Positions 1 to 10,571 of a DNA stretch of 64,000 nucleotides are shown piece by piece (within the stretch, counting starts at the first letter, position 1; every line of letters starts with the position of its first letter). The translations under genes were made by a program, and so were the position numbers. Location: the NCBI GenBank assembly GCA_963666485.2, contig CAXXUO010000003.1, forward strand, positions 32,001 to 96,000, given 5' to 3'. The stretch is from Syntrophorhabdaceae bacterium. GTDB lineage: Bacteria; Desulfobacterota; Syntrophorhabdia; Syntrophorhabdales; Syntrophorhabdaceae. The notes below the pieces were generated by a model that worked only from the letters and a program-made list of their open reading frames with translations, searched no databases and was not told where the DNA came from.

Positions 1-2
1 CC

Positions 3-134
3 GCCACCCAGACCCTGTTCGGCATCTCCCTGCTCACCTCCCTGCTGATCAACGGGTTCGGGGTCTACCTGGGGCTTGTGGTCTGGAAACGCATCAGTTC
101 CCTGGAACTCGTGGCCATGCTGCGCCTGTCATGA
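3..134 (+). CDS. 3' end of a membrane protein, probably the ECF substrate-binding (S) component (partial)
   Basis: Open hydrophobic frame ATQTLFGISLLTSLLINGFGVYLGLVVWKRISSLELVAMLRLS*; its TGA overlaps the ATG of the ECF ATPase (ATGA). Confidence 0.55.
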   Translation, partial: ATQTLFGISLLTSLLINGFGVYLGLVVWKRISSLELVAMLRLS

Positions 135-1534
135 TCGAACTCCAATCCGTCTCCTTCACGCCGGCCGGCTCGGATCGGCCCATCCTGCACGACGTGACCC
201 TGTCCATCGGGCGCGGCGAGCGGGTGGGTATCGTCGGGCCGTCCGGCTCCGGCAAGTCCACCCTGGGCTACCATCTGTGCGGGGTGCATCGCCTGGCCCT
301 GGCCGGCACGACCAGCGGGCGGCTGACCCTGGACGGCCGGGATGCCCTGGCCGGTGGCCCGGCCGGTTTCGCCGGCCTGGTCGGGCAAAACCCCGAGGCC
401 CAGCTGTTTTGTCGCACCGTGCTCGAGGAATTGCTGCTCGGCCCGCGCATGCGCGGCCGGGAGGCCGCTTCCTCCCAGGCCAGGGCCCGGGAACTCCTCG
501 ACCGCCATGGCCTGGGACACCGGGCCGAGGAGGTCGTCACCAACCTGTCCCTGGGGCAGAAACAGCTCACCGCCATCCTGTCCATGCTGGCCATCGAGCC
601 CAAGATCCTGCTGCTCGACGAACCTACGAGCTATCTCGATGCCGACAAGGCGGACCGGCTGTTTACCCATCTCGACAGCCTCAGCCGCCAGCACGGCTGG
701 ATCGTGTGCGTCATCGAACACGACCGGGAACGCCTGGCCGGGTTCGCCGACCGTTTCCTGACCGTTGCCGCCGGCCGGCTGGTGAACGATGGCCCCCTGG
801 GACCGGCCCCGGCCCCGTTTTCGCGTCCCGTGGAGCCGGCACCGCCGGTACGCTTTACCGGCCGGGTAGACGGCGAGCCGCTGCTGCGCCTGGAAGGCGT
901 CCGTTTCGGCTACGGCAAGGGACCGACCGTGATTGCGGACCTCGACTTGAGCCTGCAGGCTGGCGAGGTCGTGGCCCTGGTCGGCGCCAACGGGTCCGGG
1001 AAATCGACCGTGCTGCGGCTGGCCAAGGGTCTGGCCAAGCCGGCCGCCGGTCAGCTATGCCTGGGCCGGGGCCTGAGCAATGCCCGGGATGTGGGGCTGA
1101 TGCTGCAAAATCCCGAGGAACAGATTTTCGCCCATACCGTGAAGGCCGAATGCGGCTATTGGCTCGAGAACCTGGGCGTGGCGCGCGAGGAGCGCGAGGC
1201 CCGGGTTCAGGCCATCCTCGACGCCGTGGGCCTGGGGCACATGCTCGGGCGCTCCCCGTTTTCCTTGAGTTTCGGCGAGAAACGGCGGCTGTGCCTGGCC
1301 GCCATCCTGGTGGCCGATCCGCTGGTGCTGTGCCTGGACGAGCCGACCACCGGCCTCGACGACGCCAACATGGCGGACATGGCGGCCATGATCCGCCGCC
1401 AGGCCGCCGCCGGCAAGGCCGTGCTCGTGGCCAGCCACGAAGCGGCCTTCGTGTCCATGACCGCCACCCGGATCGTGCGCCTGGAGGCGGGCCGCATTGT
1501 CTCGGACCGGCCGGCGAGGGAGGTTGCGGCATGA
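131..1534 (+). CDS. ECF transporter ATP-binding protein with two fused ABC domains
   Basis: Two Walker A motifs (GPSGSGKST, GANGSGKST), QNPE Q-loops, LSLGQ/LSFGE signatures, LDEPT Walker B twice. Confidence 0.9.
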   Translation: MIELQSVSFTPAGSDRPILHDVTLSIGRGERVGIVGPSGSGKSTLGYHLCGVHRLALAGTTSGRLTLDGRDALAGGPAGFAGLVGQNPEAQLFCRTVLEELLLGPRMRGREAASSQARARELLDRHGLGHRAEEVVTNLSLGQKQLTAILSMLAIEPKILLLDEPTSYLDADKADRLFTHLDSLSRQHGWIVCVIEHDRERLAGFADRFLTVAAGRLVNDGPLGPAPAPFSRPVEPAPPVRFTGRVDGEPLLRLEGVRFGYGKGPTVIADLDLSLQAGEVVALVGANGSGKSTVLRLAKGLAKPAAGQLCLGRGLSNARDVGLMLQNPEEQIFAHTVKAECGYWLENLGVAREEREARVQAILDAVGLGHMLGRSPFSLSFGEKRRLCLAAILVADPLVLCLDEPTTGLDDANMADMAAMIRRQAAAGKAVLVASHEAAFVSMTATRIVRLEAGRIVSDRPAREVAA

Positions 1535-2253
1535 CCGAACTGTTGCGTCGGGCCAACGCGGCCTCCAAAGGCCTGTTCGCCATCTCCCTGTGTGCCTATG
1601 CCTTTGTCTGTCCGGACTGGCGGGTGCTGGTCGCCTTCCTGGTGGCCCTGGTGGCCCTGCTGTACTTCACGGGGGAGTTCGACCGGTTGGCGCTGTTGCT
1701 TTTCGGCGTGTGCCTGGCCGGTCTGCCCATGCTGACGGTCCTGTTCATCCTGGGCGGGGTGGAGAAGGCGGCCACCTGGCAGGAGGGCGTCTGGCTGGGG
1801 CTCGGCTGGATGGGCGTGTTCTATCTGCGGCTGTGGATCATGGTCCTGGCCGACCTGCTCGTGGTCAAGCTCACGAGTTTTTCCAACATGATCCTGTCGT
1901 TGCGCGGGCTGCGGCTGCCGGGCGTGGTGGTACTGTTCGTGTCGGCCCTGGTCAGCATGCTGCCCAACATCCTGGCCATGGCCCTGCGCGTCGTCGAGGT
2001 CCAGCGCTGCCGCGGGTTCGAGACCCGCAAGATGCTGCGTCCAAGCAGTTTCCTGCCACTGTTCATTCCCGTTTTCCTGGCCCAGATGCGCCGTTCGGCC
2101 GATCTGGCCCTGTCCCTGGAACTGCGCGGTGTCAGTGGTGACACGATGCAACGGGGAGGCCAGCTTTCCCTGGGGGCCGGGGATATCGTGTTCGTGGCGG
2201 CCGCCGTGCTGGTCTGGGTCGGACCGATCAGCTGGGCTGAGCTGGTTGGATGA
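1531..2253 (+). CDS. ECF transporter transmembrane component T (EcfT/CbiQ family)
   Basis: Hydrophobic protein starting MTELLRRAN; QRCRG and LELRG X-R-G motifs; translationally coupled to the ATPase. Confidence 0.85.
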   Translation: MTELLRRANAASKGLFAISLCAYAFVCPDWRVLVAFLVALVALLYFTGEFDRLALLLFGVCLAGLPMLTVLFILGGVEKAATWQEGVWLGLGWMGVFYLRLWIMVLADLLVVKLTSFSNMILSLRGLRLPGVVVLFVSALVSMLPNILAMALRVVEVQRCRGFETRKMLRPSSFLPLFIPVFLAQMRRSADLALSLELRGVSGDTMQRGGQLSLGAGDIVFVAAAVLVWVGPISWAELVG

Positions 2254-2285
2254 CGGCGAAGCACGAAAACAAGGAAGCAATACCC

Positions 2286-3296
2286 ATGCAGTGTCCCTAT
2301 TGCGAGAGACGGTGCCGCCTGGAAGCGGATTCCTACGGCGCGTGCCGCATGTATCAGGCCGTGGACGGGGTGGTGCGCGAACGCTTTCCCCACCGCTGGT
2401 GCGCCTATGCCGTGTCGCGTGTCGAGGCGATACCCTTCTACCACGCCTACCCGGGCAGCCGGTGCCTGGTCATCGGCACGGCCGGCTGCAACATCGATTG
2501 CCGCTATTGTTCCAACAGCTACGTGGCCAAGGAAGACCCGGCCCTGCTCCAGGATATCATGATCGACATTCCGCCGGCCCGCCTGGTCGGGCTGGCCCGC
2601 AAGCACGGCTGCCATTCCATTGTGTTTTCCATCAACGAGCCCACGGTATCGCTGCCCTCGCTCATGGAGCTTTCCGTGGCGGCCCGGGACGCCGGCCTGG
2701 AAATGGGCTGCCTGACCAACGGCTACGGCACGCCCGAGGCGGTCGAGTTGCTCGGCGACATCTTCTCCTTCGTCAACGTGAGCCTCAAGGGCCTGTCCCC
2801 GGAATTCTGCCGCCGCTTTCTCGGCATCCCCGACTGCGAGCCGGTCCTGCGGTCCATCCGCCAGTTTGCCGCCCATGGCCACGTGGAGGTGACCACGCCC
2901 GTGATCGAGTCGGAAAACGACCAGGAACTCGGGGCCATGGCCGATTTCCTGGCCGACATCAATCCGGAGATCCCCTGGCACGTGTTCCGCCTCCTGCCGA
3001 CCTACAAGATGAGCAAGGAGGAATATCCGAGCATCGAGGCCTTGAACGCCAAGCTCGAGGGACTGCGGGAAAAGCTGCCCCACATCTATTTCCACAACTT
3101 CATCGGTTCCGAATGGGTCGACACCCGCTGCCCGGCCTGCGGGGCCGTGGCCATCACCCGCCACAGCCTGGGCTGCGGCGGCGACAAGCTCGACCAGTTC
3201 TTCTGCCACGACGACAAATGCCCGCAGTGCGGCCGGCGGCTCAACCTGCTCGGAACCAAGGTGGGCTGGAGTGCCCGCGAGGAGATGGCGTCATGA
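2286..3296 (+). CDS. Radical SAM protein, AmmeMemoRadiSam/PflX-like
   Basis: CNIDCRYC motif, N-terminal CPYCERRC, P-F-YH-YPG, NEPT, C-terminal CPACG/CPQCG; start set at MQCPYC after AAGGAAG. Confidence 0.85.
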   Translation: MQCPYCERRCRLEADSYGACRMYQAVDGVVRERFPHRWCAYAVSRVEAIPFYHAYPGSRCLVIGTAGCNIDCRYCSNSYVAKEDPALLQDIMIDIPPARLVGLARKHGCHSIVFSINEPTVSLPSLMELSVAARDAGLEMGCLTNGYGTPEAVELLGDIFSFVNVSLKGLSPEFCRRFLGIPDCEPVLRSIRQFAAHGHVEVTTPVIESENDQELGAMADFLADINPEIPWHVFRLLPTYKMSKEEYPSIEALNAKLEGLREKLPHIYFHNFIGSEWVDTRCPACGAVAITRHSLGCGGDKLDQFFCHDDKCPQCGRRLNLLGTKVGWSAREEMAS

Positions 3297-4423
3297 GCCT
3301 GGCCATTCTCGATGCCCGCCAATGGCAGCAGACCGTGGACCTGCGCACCGGCCGCAAGATCGAGGCCGAGGGGCCGGCCCTGGACATGGCCCGGGGACTG
3401 CTCGCCCGTCATCCCTTCCCCGGCGACCGCGACCCGGCCGGCAACGCCTGGGTCGTGGACACGGCCCTGGACCTCGTGGCGGCCTATGACCCGGGCTTTG
3501 CCTTTCTGACCATGGCCCGGCAGTACTATTCGGCCCGCTATTCCCTCCTGGAGGCCGGCGAGCGCGAGGCCATGGTGGCCGATGCCCTGGCCCAGGCCGA
3601 CCGGTTCGCCCGGGAGTCGGGTTTTTTCACGGTGGTCATCGGCACCGGCGGCCTGACCGCGGCCAAGCAGTCCATCGACTTGAGCGACCTGGACGGACTG
3701 GCCGTGGCCAGCAACTGGTCCGCCCGCTATGCCGGCCTCTACGAGCCTTCGGCCCGGGACCTAGCCCGCCTGGCCGCCCATCCCGGACTGGAACGCCTGG
3801 CCAGCCGGCAGGAGATCCTGGAGCTCTTCGACGGCGGTGCGGACGACGGCACCCGGCTGCCCGACGTCATGGTCGTGGCCAGGGAGGGCAACTTCTTTAA
3901 AAACACCTCGCTGCGCCGGATGCTCATGATCCCGGCGCGTAACACCCGCATTCCGGTCTCGGCCAATCTCGGCCCCGTGGCTTCCCTCACGGACATCAAG
4001 GCCCGGGTGCTGGCCGATCTGGCCGGACGCAAGGTGGCCATCGTGCTCCTGGAGGGCGTGGGGGAGGAGGACTTCACCCTCCCGCACACCACCTGTGAAA
4101 ACGGCAAGGACTGGTTCTGCTACGAACCCGTGGACGGCCAGTATCTGGCCATCACCACCGGACGCCACGCCGTGTTCGAGCACAACGGCGGCTACCGCTA
4201 CTTTCTCGACGACAGCGAGCACAAACCCTATCCCTTCTCCGGCTATTTCACCGAACTGCCCACCGGCACCATCGGCCACGACTATCCCGGCCGAAGCATT
4301 GCCGTGGGCAACCGCAGCATGTTCATGCACGTGACCACCGGCTGCGACATCGCCTGCGAGTGCTTCGCCCGCAACCTCTACAACCAGGGAGTCATGGCCG
4401 TGATCCACCGCCAGGACAAATGA
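3293..4423 (+). CDS. Hypothetical protein, 376 aa
   Basis: GGAG RBS, ATGA overlap with the radical SAM stop, host-like codon usage (MSLAILDARQWQQ...VIHRQDK). Confidence 0.75.
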   Translation: MSLAILDARQWQQTVDLRTGRKIEAEGPALDMARGLLARHPFPGDRDPAGNAWVVDTALDLVAAYDPGFAFLTMARQYYSARYSLLEAGEREAMVADALAQADRFARESGFFTVVIGTGGLTAAKQSIDLSDLDGLAVASNWSARYAGLYEPSARDLARLAAHPGLERLASRQEILELFDGGADDGTRLPDVMVVAREGNFFKNTSLRRMLMIPARNTRIPVSANLGPVASLTDIKARVLADLAGRKVAIVLLEGVGEEDFTLPHTTCENGKDWFCYEPVDGQYLAITTGRHAVFEHNGGYRYFLDDSEHKPYPFSGYFTELPTGTIGHDYPGRSIAVGNRSMFMHVTTGCDIACECFARNLYNQGVMAVIHRQDK

Positions 4424-4591
4424 CCGGCGCCGGCTCGGCCGGCCAACGCGCCCTCCGTGGGCCGAAGCCTGGCGACGTGCCCTTGTTGCGGGATCGCGTC
4501 GCGGTTGCTTCGGCCTTTTTTTTGCGCTATGCTTGGGATTATTCGATTTATTTTGACTCCGCCCGTCAAGAATACCCAAGGAGGACGTGCC

Positions 4592-4810
4592 ATGGCCGAT
4601 TGCGAGTGCCTGCCCAAGTGTCTTTTTTTCAACGACAAGATGCACAATATGCCCGCCGCCGCCAATCTGCTCAAAAAGCGGTTGTGCCAGGGCGACAACA
4701 GCCGGTGCGCCCGGCATATGGTGCTCGTGGCCCTGGGCCGGGAAAAGGTGCCGCCGGATCTTTCGCCCAATCAGGTGGACCGGGCCCAGATCCTGATCAC
4801 GACGGGTTAG
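4592..4810 (+). CDS. Small Cys-rich conserved hypothetical protein (72 aa)
   Basis: AAGGAGG RBS; MADCECLPKCLFFNDKM...LCQGDNSRCARHMV...VPPDLSPN. Confidence 0.75.
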   Translation: MADCECLPKCLFFNDKMHNMPAAANLLKKRLCQGDNSRCARHMVLVALGREKVPPDLSPNQVDRAQILITTG

Positions 4811-5024
4811 CCGGGCGGCTTGCAACCATCCGGTGAGCCGTTGCCTCGGACGGGTCGGCACGGTTTCCGGGCGTCCGACGGCGCAGCGAGACGGCGGGCG
4901 ACGGCAATGCGGCATGCTTTTATGATAAAACGTGACAGCTGATTTTTTTTGCTGATAGTGTTGACCAAAAAATGATCAAACGGCTATAACACAAAAGCCT
5001 TGAACCCATAACACGGAGTCGTGC

Positions 5025-5234
5025 ATGAAAGTCAGTGCCCGCAATCTCATTCCCGGAAAGGTCAAGTCCATTACCAATGGTATGGTCAGCAGTGAGGTTG
5101 TCATTGAGTTCGCGCCCGGTGTGGAGATCGTCTCCGTTATTACCAAGCACTCCGTCGAGGCCATGGGCCTCAAGGAAGGCGACAGCATCAACGCCATGAT
5201 CAAAGCCTCCAGCGTGATGATCGCCGTGGATTGA
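5025..5234 (+). CDS. mop: Molybdate/tungstate-binding molbindin (Mop/TOBE domain)
   Basis: MKVSARN..GKV..I..G, SVIT..SVE.MGL..G...A.IKASSV Mop signature. Confidence 0.92.
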   Translation: MKVSARNLIPGKVKSITNGMVSSEVVIEFAPGVEIVSVITKHSVEAMGLKEGDSINAMIKASSVMIAVD

Positions 5235-5522
5235 TCGTCCGCATCCTCCGTCCCGGTGCCCGGTCGTGCTCCTTGGCGGCCGGGCACGTTGTTTTTGTCC
5301 CCGGAGGCCGCGATCCCTTCCCCGGGCCGTCGACGGCCGCCGGCCCGTCCGGTCTTCCGCCCCCGGGCGATCCCGTCCCTGCCGGACCTGCCGACCGATT
5401 TCAGGCTTTATCAATCCGCCGCGAACGGCTATGATGCCTCGGCCACGCATGGCTGCATCCGGAAACGCGCGCGCCACGGGGCCGTTCGCGACGGTGTCCG
5501 CCAAGACAAGGGGAGTGCTTTC

Positions 5523-5900
5523 ATGGGTGAGGAAAAACGCCGCCGCAGTCGGGTTTGCGCCCAGTTCGAGGCCTATGTCTACGCCGACGGGGAAAAGATC
5601 CCGGTCAGCACCCAGAACATCAGCATGAAGGGGGCGTTGTTCTGTCCGGAGCCGCGTCTGGCCACCGGCCAGGACTGCACCCTGGTCTTTGCCCTGGCCA
5701 AGGATATCAAGGTGCGCCTCAAAGCCCGCATCGTGCGTTCCAGCGACGAGGGCCTGGCCGTGGATTTCGAGAGCATGGACGAAAGCGCCTTTTTCCACCT
5801 GCGCAACATGGTGCGCTACTCCTCCCAGGATGCCGACAAGATCGACAAGGAACTGCAGGTGCCGGCCTTCGAGCTGCCCGAAGACGGAGAAAAGGATTGA
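5523..5900 (+). CDS. PilZ domain protein
   Basis: EKRRRSRV (RxxxR) and NISMKG (D/NxSxxG) c-di-GMP motifs; GGGAG RBS. Confidence 0.85.
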   Translation: MGEEKRRRSRVCAQFEAYVYADGEKIPVSTQNISMKGALFCPEPRLATGQDCTLVFALAKDIKVRLKARIVRSSDEGLAVDFESMDESAFFHLRNMVRYSSQDADKIDKELQVPAFELPEDGEKD

Positions 5901-6514
5901 GACGCGCCACGCTTGCGGCCCTGATACTGACCGCCGGCCTGGGGCTGGTCCGGCCCGGCCCGGTGCTGGCCGCCGGCCTGGAACAGGCCTCCCTGGGCCT
6001 GGCCGCCCTGGCCGCCGGCGAATACGACCGGGCCGTCACCCTGCTGACCCAGGCCATCGATTCCGACGAGCTGCCCGAATCCGAGGCCTATCTGTTCCTG
6101 GCCGCCCGCGGCTATGCCCGGGCCGGGGCCGGCGACCGCAAGGACGCCATCGAGGACTACGATGCCGCCCTGGCCGTCCGGCCCGACTATGCCCCGGCCC
6201 TGTTCAACCGGGCAACGCCCATTATGCCCTGGGCCGGTTCGACCTGGCCATCGGCGACTATTCCAAGGTCCTGGAACTTCAGGCCGACGATGTCCGGGCC
6301 CTCAACAACCGGGGCGCCGCCTGGTTCCGCCAGGGCAACCTGCAAAGCGCCCTGGCCAATTACACCCAGGCCGCCCAGCTCGCCCCGGACGATACCGACA
6401 TCCTGCTCAACCGGGGCAAGGATCTACGATGCCCTGGGCGAATCCGATCTGGCCCGGGAGGATTTCCAGCGCATACGGCGCATCGATCCCTCGGCCCGGA
6501 CGCCCCTGGACTGA
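5897..6514 (+). CDS. Secreted TPR-repeat protein (frameshifts near 6211 and 6420)
   Basis: Signal peptide LRRATLAALILTAGLGL; TPR units (A..DY..AL...PDY...FNRG, LNNRG..W) spread over three frames. Confidence 0.75.
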   Translation: MRRATLAALILTAGLGLVRPGPVLAAGLEQASLGLAALAAGEYDRAVTLLTQAIDSDELPESEAYLFLAARGYARAGAGDRKDAIEDYDAALAVRPDYAPALFNRATPIMPWAGSTWPSATIPRSWNFRPTMSGPSTTGAPPGSARATCKAPWPITPRPPSSPRTIPTSCSTGARIYDALGESDLAREDFQRIRRIDPSARTPLD

Positions 6515-6560
6515 CGTTCCCGCGTCGGCCTCCCTTTTTCGTGGCAAAGGAGCCTTGCGC

Positions 6561-7248
6561 ATGCTTCCCTTGGGTTCCCTGGTCAATGGCGCGGCCATCG
6601 TCGTCGGCGCCCTGATTGGCCTGACGCTGCACGGCCGGTTTCCCGACCGGGTGCGCGTCACCATGTTCCAGGCCCTGGGCCTGTCCATCATGCTCATCGG
6701 CCTCAAGATGGCCCTGACCATGACCTCGCCCATCCTGGTCGTGGTCAGCATGCTGGCCGGCGCCGTGTGCGGCGAGGCCTGCGATTTCGAACGCCGCATG
6801 TCCCTGGCCGGCGACCGGTTGAAGGCCCTGTTCCATTCGAAGAGCGTCTTGTTCACCGACGGCCTGGTCACGGCTTCGGTGGTGTTCTGCACCGGCACCA
6901 TGGCCATTCTCGGCCCCTTTGACGAGGCCCTGCGCGGCGATCGCACCCTGCTTTTCACCAAGGCCATGCTCGACGGGTCGGTGAGCCTGATCCTGGCCAG
7001 CACCCACGGGGCCGGCGTGATCCTGTCCTTCGTGCCGGTGGTGCTCTACCAGGGCCTGCTCACCTTCGGCGCCGCCGGCAGCCAGGCCTATTTCACCCCG
7101 GACCGGCTCACCCAGCTCAACGGCCGTGGGCGGCCTGCTGATCCTGGCCATCGGCATCAACATGCTCGGCCTGCTGCGCATCAAGGTCTCGAACCTGCTG
7201 CCGGCCATTGTCGTGGCCGTGGTCCTGGCGCCGTACTTCGCCGGCTGA
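6561..7248 (+). CDS. DUF554 family membrane protein (frameshift near 7120)
   Basis: MLPLGSLVNGAAIVVG, TASVVFCTGTMAILG, KAMLDG, YQG, and in the shifted frame GGLLILAIGINMLG..I.V.NLLPA. Confidence 0.85.
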
Positions 7249-7308
7249 TCGGCCGGCGCCGCGGCATTTCTTTACGCCCCGGGGGATTTGCCGTATACCG
7301 GCCCGGCC

Positions 7309-7662
7309 ATGCACGAACTCTCCATTGTCCAAAGCCTGTTGGCCGTCATCGAGGACGAGATGGCCAAGCACGGCAAGCAGACCCTCATCGCGGTCAAGGT
7401 CAAGCACGGCCGACTGTCCGCCATCGTGCCCGAAGCCCTGGCCATGGCCTTCGAGGTCCTGACCATGGACTCGCGTCTGGCCGGAGCGCGGCTCGACCTG
7501 GAGGAGATCCCGGTGCGGCTGCGCTGCCGGGCCTGCGGCGGGGAGTTCACCCCGCAGCACCGCGCGGTTCCTTTCGCGCCCTGTCCGTCCTGCGGCGAGG
7601 AACTCGGCCACACGGTCCTGTCCGGCCGCGAACTCTATATCGAATATCTCGAACTGGAATAG
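7309..7662 (+). CDS. hypA: Hydrogenase maturation nickel metallochaperone HypA
   Basis: MHELSI start, CRACG and CPSCG, SGREL.IE.LE. Confidence 0.95.
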   Translation: MHELSIVQSLLAVIEDEMAKHGKQTLIAVKVKHGRLSAIVPEALAMAFEVLTMDSRLAGARLDLEEIPVRLRCRACGGEFTPQHRAVPFAPCPSCGEELGHTVLSGRELYIEYLELE

Positions 7663-7676
7663 CGGGGGAGCCGACC

Positions 7677-8336
7677 ATGCAGATTCCCGTGGTGCGCAAC
7701 ATCCTGGAAGCCAATGCCCGTATCGCCGCAGATCTCAAGGCTTTTTTCGCCGAGCGCGGCATCCTGGTCCTCAATCTCATGAGCTCGCCCGGCGCGGGCA
7801 AGACCAGCCTGCTCGAGCGCACCCTGACCGATCTCGGACCCGAACTGCGCATGGCCGTCATCGAAGGCGACCTGCAAACCGACAACGACGCCCGCCGCGT
7901 GGCCGCCACCGGCGCCCAGGCCGTGCAGATCAACACCGAGGGCGGCTGCCACCTGACCAGTTCCCAGGTCCAGGAGGCGCTCAAAAGCCTCGACCTCGCC
8001 GGCCTCGACATCCTTTTTATCGAGAACGTGGGCAATCTGGTCTGCCCGGCCGAGTTCGACGTGGGCGAGGATCGCAAGTCACGCTGCTCAGCGTCACCGA
8101 GGGCGACGACAAGCCCGAGAAATATCCGCTCATGTTCCATATTTCCGCCGCCATGCTGCTTAACAAGGTCGATCTGCTGCCCTACGTGGACTTCGACCTG
8201 GCCCAGGCCAGCCGCCATGCCAAGGCCCTCAACGACACCCTCAGCATCTTCCCGGTCGCGGCCCGCACCGGCGAGGGCCTCCCCCGCCTGGTACGACTGG
8301 CTGCGGGCCAGGCTCGCCGCCAAGCGGGGCGCCTAG
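7677..8336 (+). CDS. hypB: Hydrogenase nickel incorporation GTPase HypB (frameshifts near 8078 and 8282)
   Basis: NLMSSPGAGKT, VIEGD, GGCHL, ENVGNLVCPA, then SVTEGDDKPEKYP and NKVDL in a shifted frame. Confidence 0.93.
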   Translation: MQIPVVRNILEANARIAADLKAFFAERGILVLNLMSSPGAGKTSLLERTLTDLGPELRMAVIEGDLQTDNDARRVAATGAQAVQINTEGGCHLTSSQVQEALKSLDLAGLDILFIENVGNLVCPAEFDVGEDRKSRCSASPRATTSPRNIRSCSIFPPPCCLTRSICCPTWTSTWPRPAAMPRPSTTPSASSRSRPAPARASPAWYDWLRARLAAKRGA

Positions 8337-8572
8337 GCGGTCGCGGGATGCGGGGAGGGAGAGGGACGGCCAGAGGCCTCCGCAGCCAAGGGCCTCGGCC
8401 CGTTGCGATCCCGAAAGGGATGGCCCGGGGCGGCGAGGTCTTGTCCTTTTCCTGCCAACCAACCGGTATGACACGTCGTTTTTTTATGGCTTTGCGGTCG
8501 TTGGCGTCACGGCGATTGCCGGTCCGCTCAGCCTCTGGACCTGACGTCCCGAGGCAGGGTAGGGGGCGAGGA

Positions 8573-9176
8573 ATGCGGATCATCGGCGGCCGATACGGCG
8601 GGCGCCACATCAAGGTCATGGAGGCGGTCGGCTTGCGGCCGGCCACGGGCCGGGTGCGCGAGGCGCTTTTTTCCATGCTCGAAGCCCGGGGGCTTGGTCT
8701 TTGCCGGCGCCCGGGTGCTCGATCTGTTCGCCGGATCGGGCGGGGTGGGCATCGAGGCCCTGTCCCGGGGCGCCGCCCTGGCCGTGTTCGTCGAACGTCA
8801 GGCCCGCCGTGGCCCGGCTGGTGCGGGAAAACCTGGCCTCCCTCGGCATTGCGCCCGAGTGTGGGCCGGGTCGTCGCAGGGCGAGGTGGCCAAGGTGCTG
8901 CCGCGCCTGGCCGGTGCAGACCTTCGACCTGACGGCCATCGACCCGCCCTATGGCCAGGGCCTGGCCGGGCCGACCCTGGCGGGGCTCGTGGCCACGGCC
9001 TGGTGGCCCCGGAGGGGCTCGTGGTGGCCGAGGTCGAGGCCTCCCTCGACCTGACCGCCACCGCTCCGCCCGCCCTGTCCCTTCTTGCCAACCGGACCTA
9101 CGGTCAAACGAGGATCATGCTATGGCGCCTGGAAACCACTGCCTCGCCGTCTATCCCGGAACCTTCGACCCCCTGA
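8573..9176 (+). CDS. rsmD: 16S rRNA m2G966 methyltransferase RsmD (several frameshifts)
   Basis: MRIIGG...[40 protein letters not shown] in different frames. Confidence 0.9.
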
Positions 9177-9645
9177 CCAACGGCCATGTCTCCCTGGTGC
9201 GTCGGGCGGCCAAGATCTTCAGCACGATCATCGTGGCCGTGGCCGGCGACTCCCACAAGACGCCGCTTTTTTCCCTGGAGGAGCGGGTGGGCATCGCCGA
9301 GGGCGGTGTTCGCCGATGACGAACGCATCATGGTCGAGGGGTTTCCAGGGGCTCCTGGTCAATTACGTCAAGTCGCGCCACGCCAACGTCATTTTGCGCG
9401 GCATGCGGGCGGTGTCCGACTTCGAGTTCGAGTTCCAGATGGCGCTCATGAACCGCAAGCTCGACCGCACCGTCGAGACCGTCTTCATCATGACCGATTA
9501 CAAGTGGCTCTACATCAGCTCCACCATCGTCAAGGAAGTGGCCCGCAACGGCGGCGACATCCGGGGCCTGGTCCCGGAACTCGTGCGCGAGCGCGTGGCC
9601 GAGCGCTACGGACTTCCCGCGACCGGGCAGGACGTCCCGTCGTGA
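9122..9645 (+). CDS. coaD: Phosphopantetheine adenylyltransferase (frameshifts near 9301-9345)
   Basis: [45 protein letters not shown]. Confidence 0.95.
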
Positions 9646-10571
9646 GCCCGATCCGGGTGGTCCGCCTCCTGGGCGCCACGGGCACGGGCAAGACCGCCGC
9701 CGCCCTGGCCCTGGCCGAGGCCTTTGGCGGGGCGGTGGTCAATGTCGATTCGCGGCAGGTCTATGCCGGCCTGGCCGTGCTCACGGCCCAGCCCACCCCG
9801 GACGAGCAGGCCCGCTGTCCCCATGCCCTCTATGGCGACACGCCCCTGACCGTGCCCGTGGCGGCCGGGGATTTCGCCCGCCGGGCCCGGGCGGCGGTGG
9901 CGGATTTCGCGGCCAGGGGGCATCTGCCCCCTGCTGGTCGGCGGCACCGGGCTCTATTTCCGGGCCATTGCCGGCGGTCTGGCCCCGATTCCGCCTGTGC
10001 CCGCGGCCGTGCGCCAGGAGGTCCGCCGCCAGTGGGACGCCCTGGGCCCCGAGGCCATGCACGCCCGGCTCGCGGCCGTGGATCCGGCCTACGCGGCCCG
10101 GATCGCCCCGGCCGACCGCCAGCGCGTGACCCGGGCCCTGGAGGTCCAGGCCGCCACGGGCCGGCCGTTTGGCCAGTGGCACGCCCTGCCCGATCCCGAG
10201 GCCCCCGATTACGCGACCCTGAGCCTGGGGGTGGCCCTGCCCTTGGACGCCCCTGACCCCGCGCCTGGCCGCGCGCATCGAGGCCATGCTGGCCGGCGGG
10301 GGCGGTGCAGGAGGTGCGCCGGGCCCTGTTGACCTGTCCCGAGGACGCTCCCGGCCTGTCCGGCATCGGCGGCCCGGAACTCGTCGCCTATCTGGCCGGC
10401 CGGCTGGACCGCGACGCGGCCGCGGCCTGCTGGCTCGCCAATACCCGGGCCTATGCCAAGCGCCAGATGACCTGGTTTCGCAAGGAACCCGACGTGCGCT
10501 GGTTCGCGCCCGGCCAGCACCAGGCCATGATCGCCGCCGTCGAAGACTGGCTCGGGGGAGGACGTCCGTGA
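9642..10571 (+). CDS. miaA: tRNA dimethylallyltransferase (frameshifted)
   Basis: GATGTGKT, DSRQVY, VGGTGLY, RVTRALEV, TRAYAKRQMTWF. Confidence 0.93.

Noticed and set aside
4909..4938. Mo/W regulator operator upstream of mop
   Set aside because: Only one half-site-like CGTGACAG is evident and the palindromic partner is poor, so it cannot be supported without a PWM scan.
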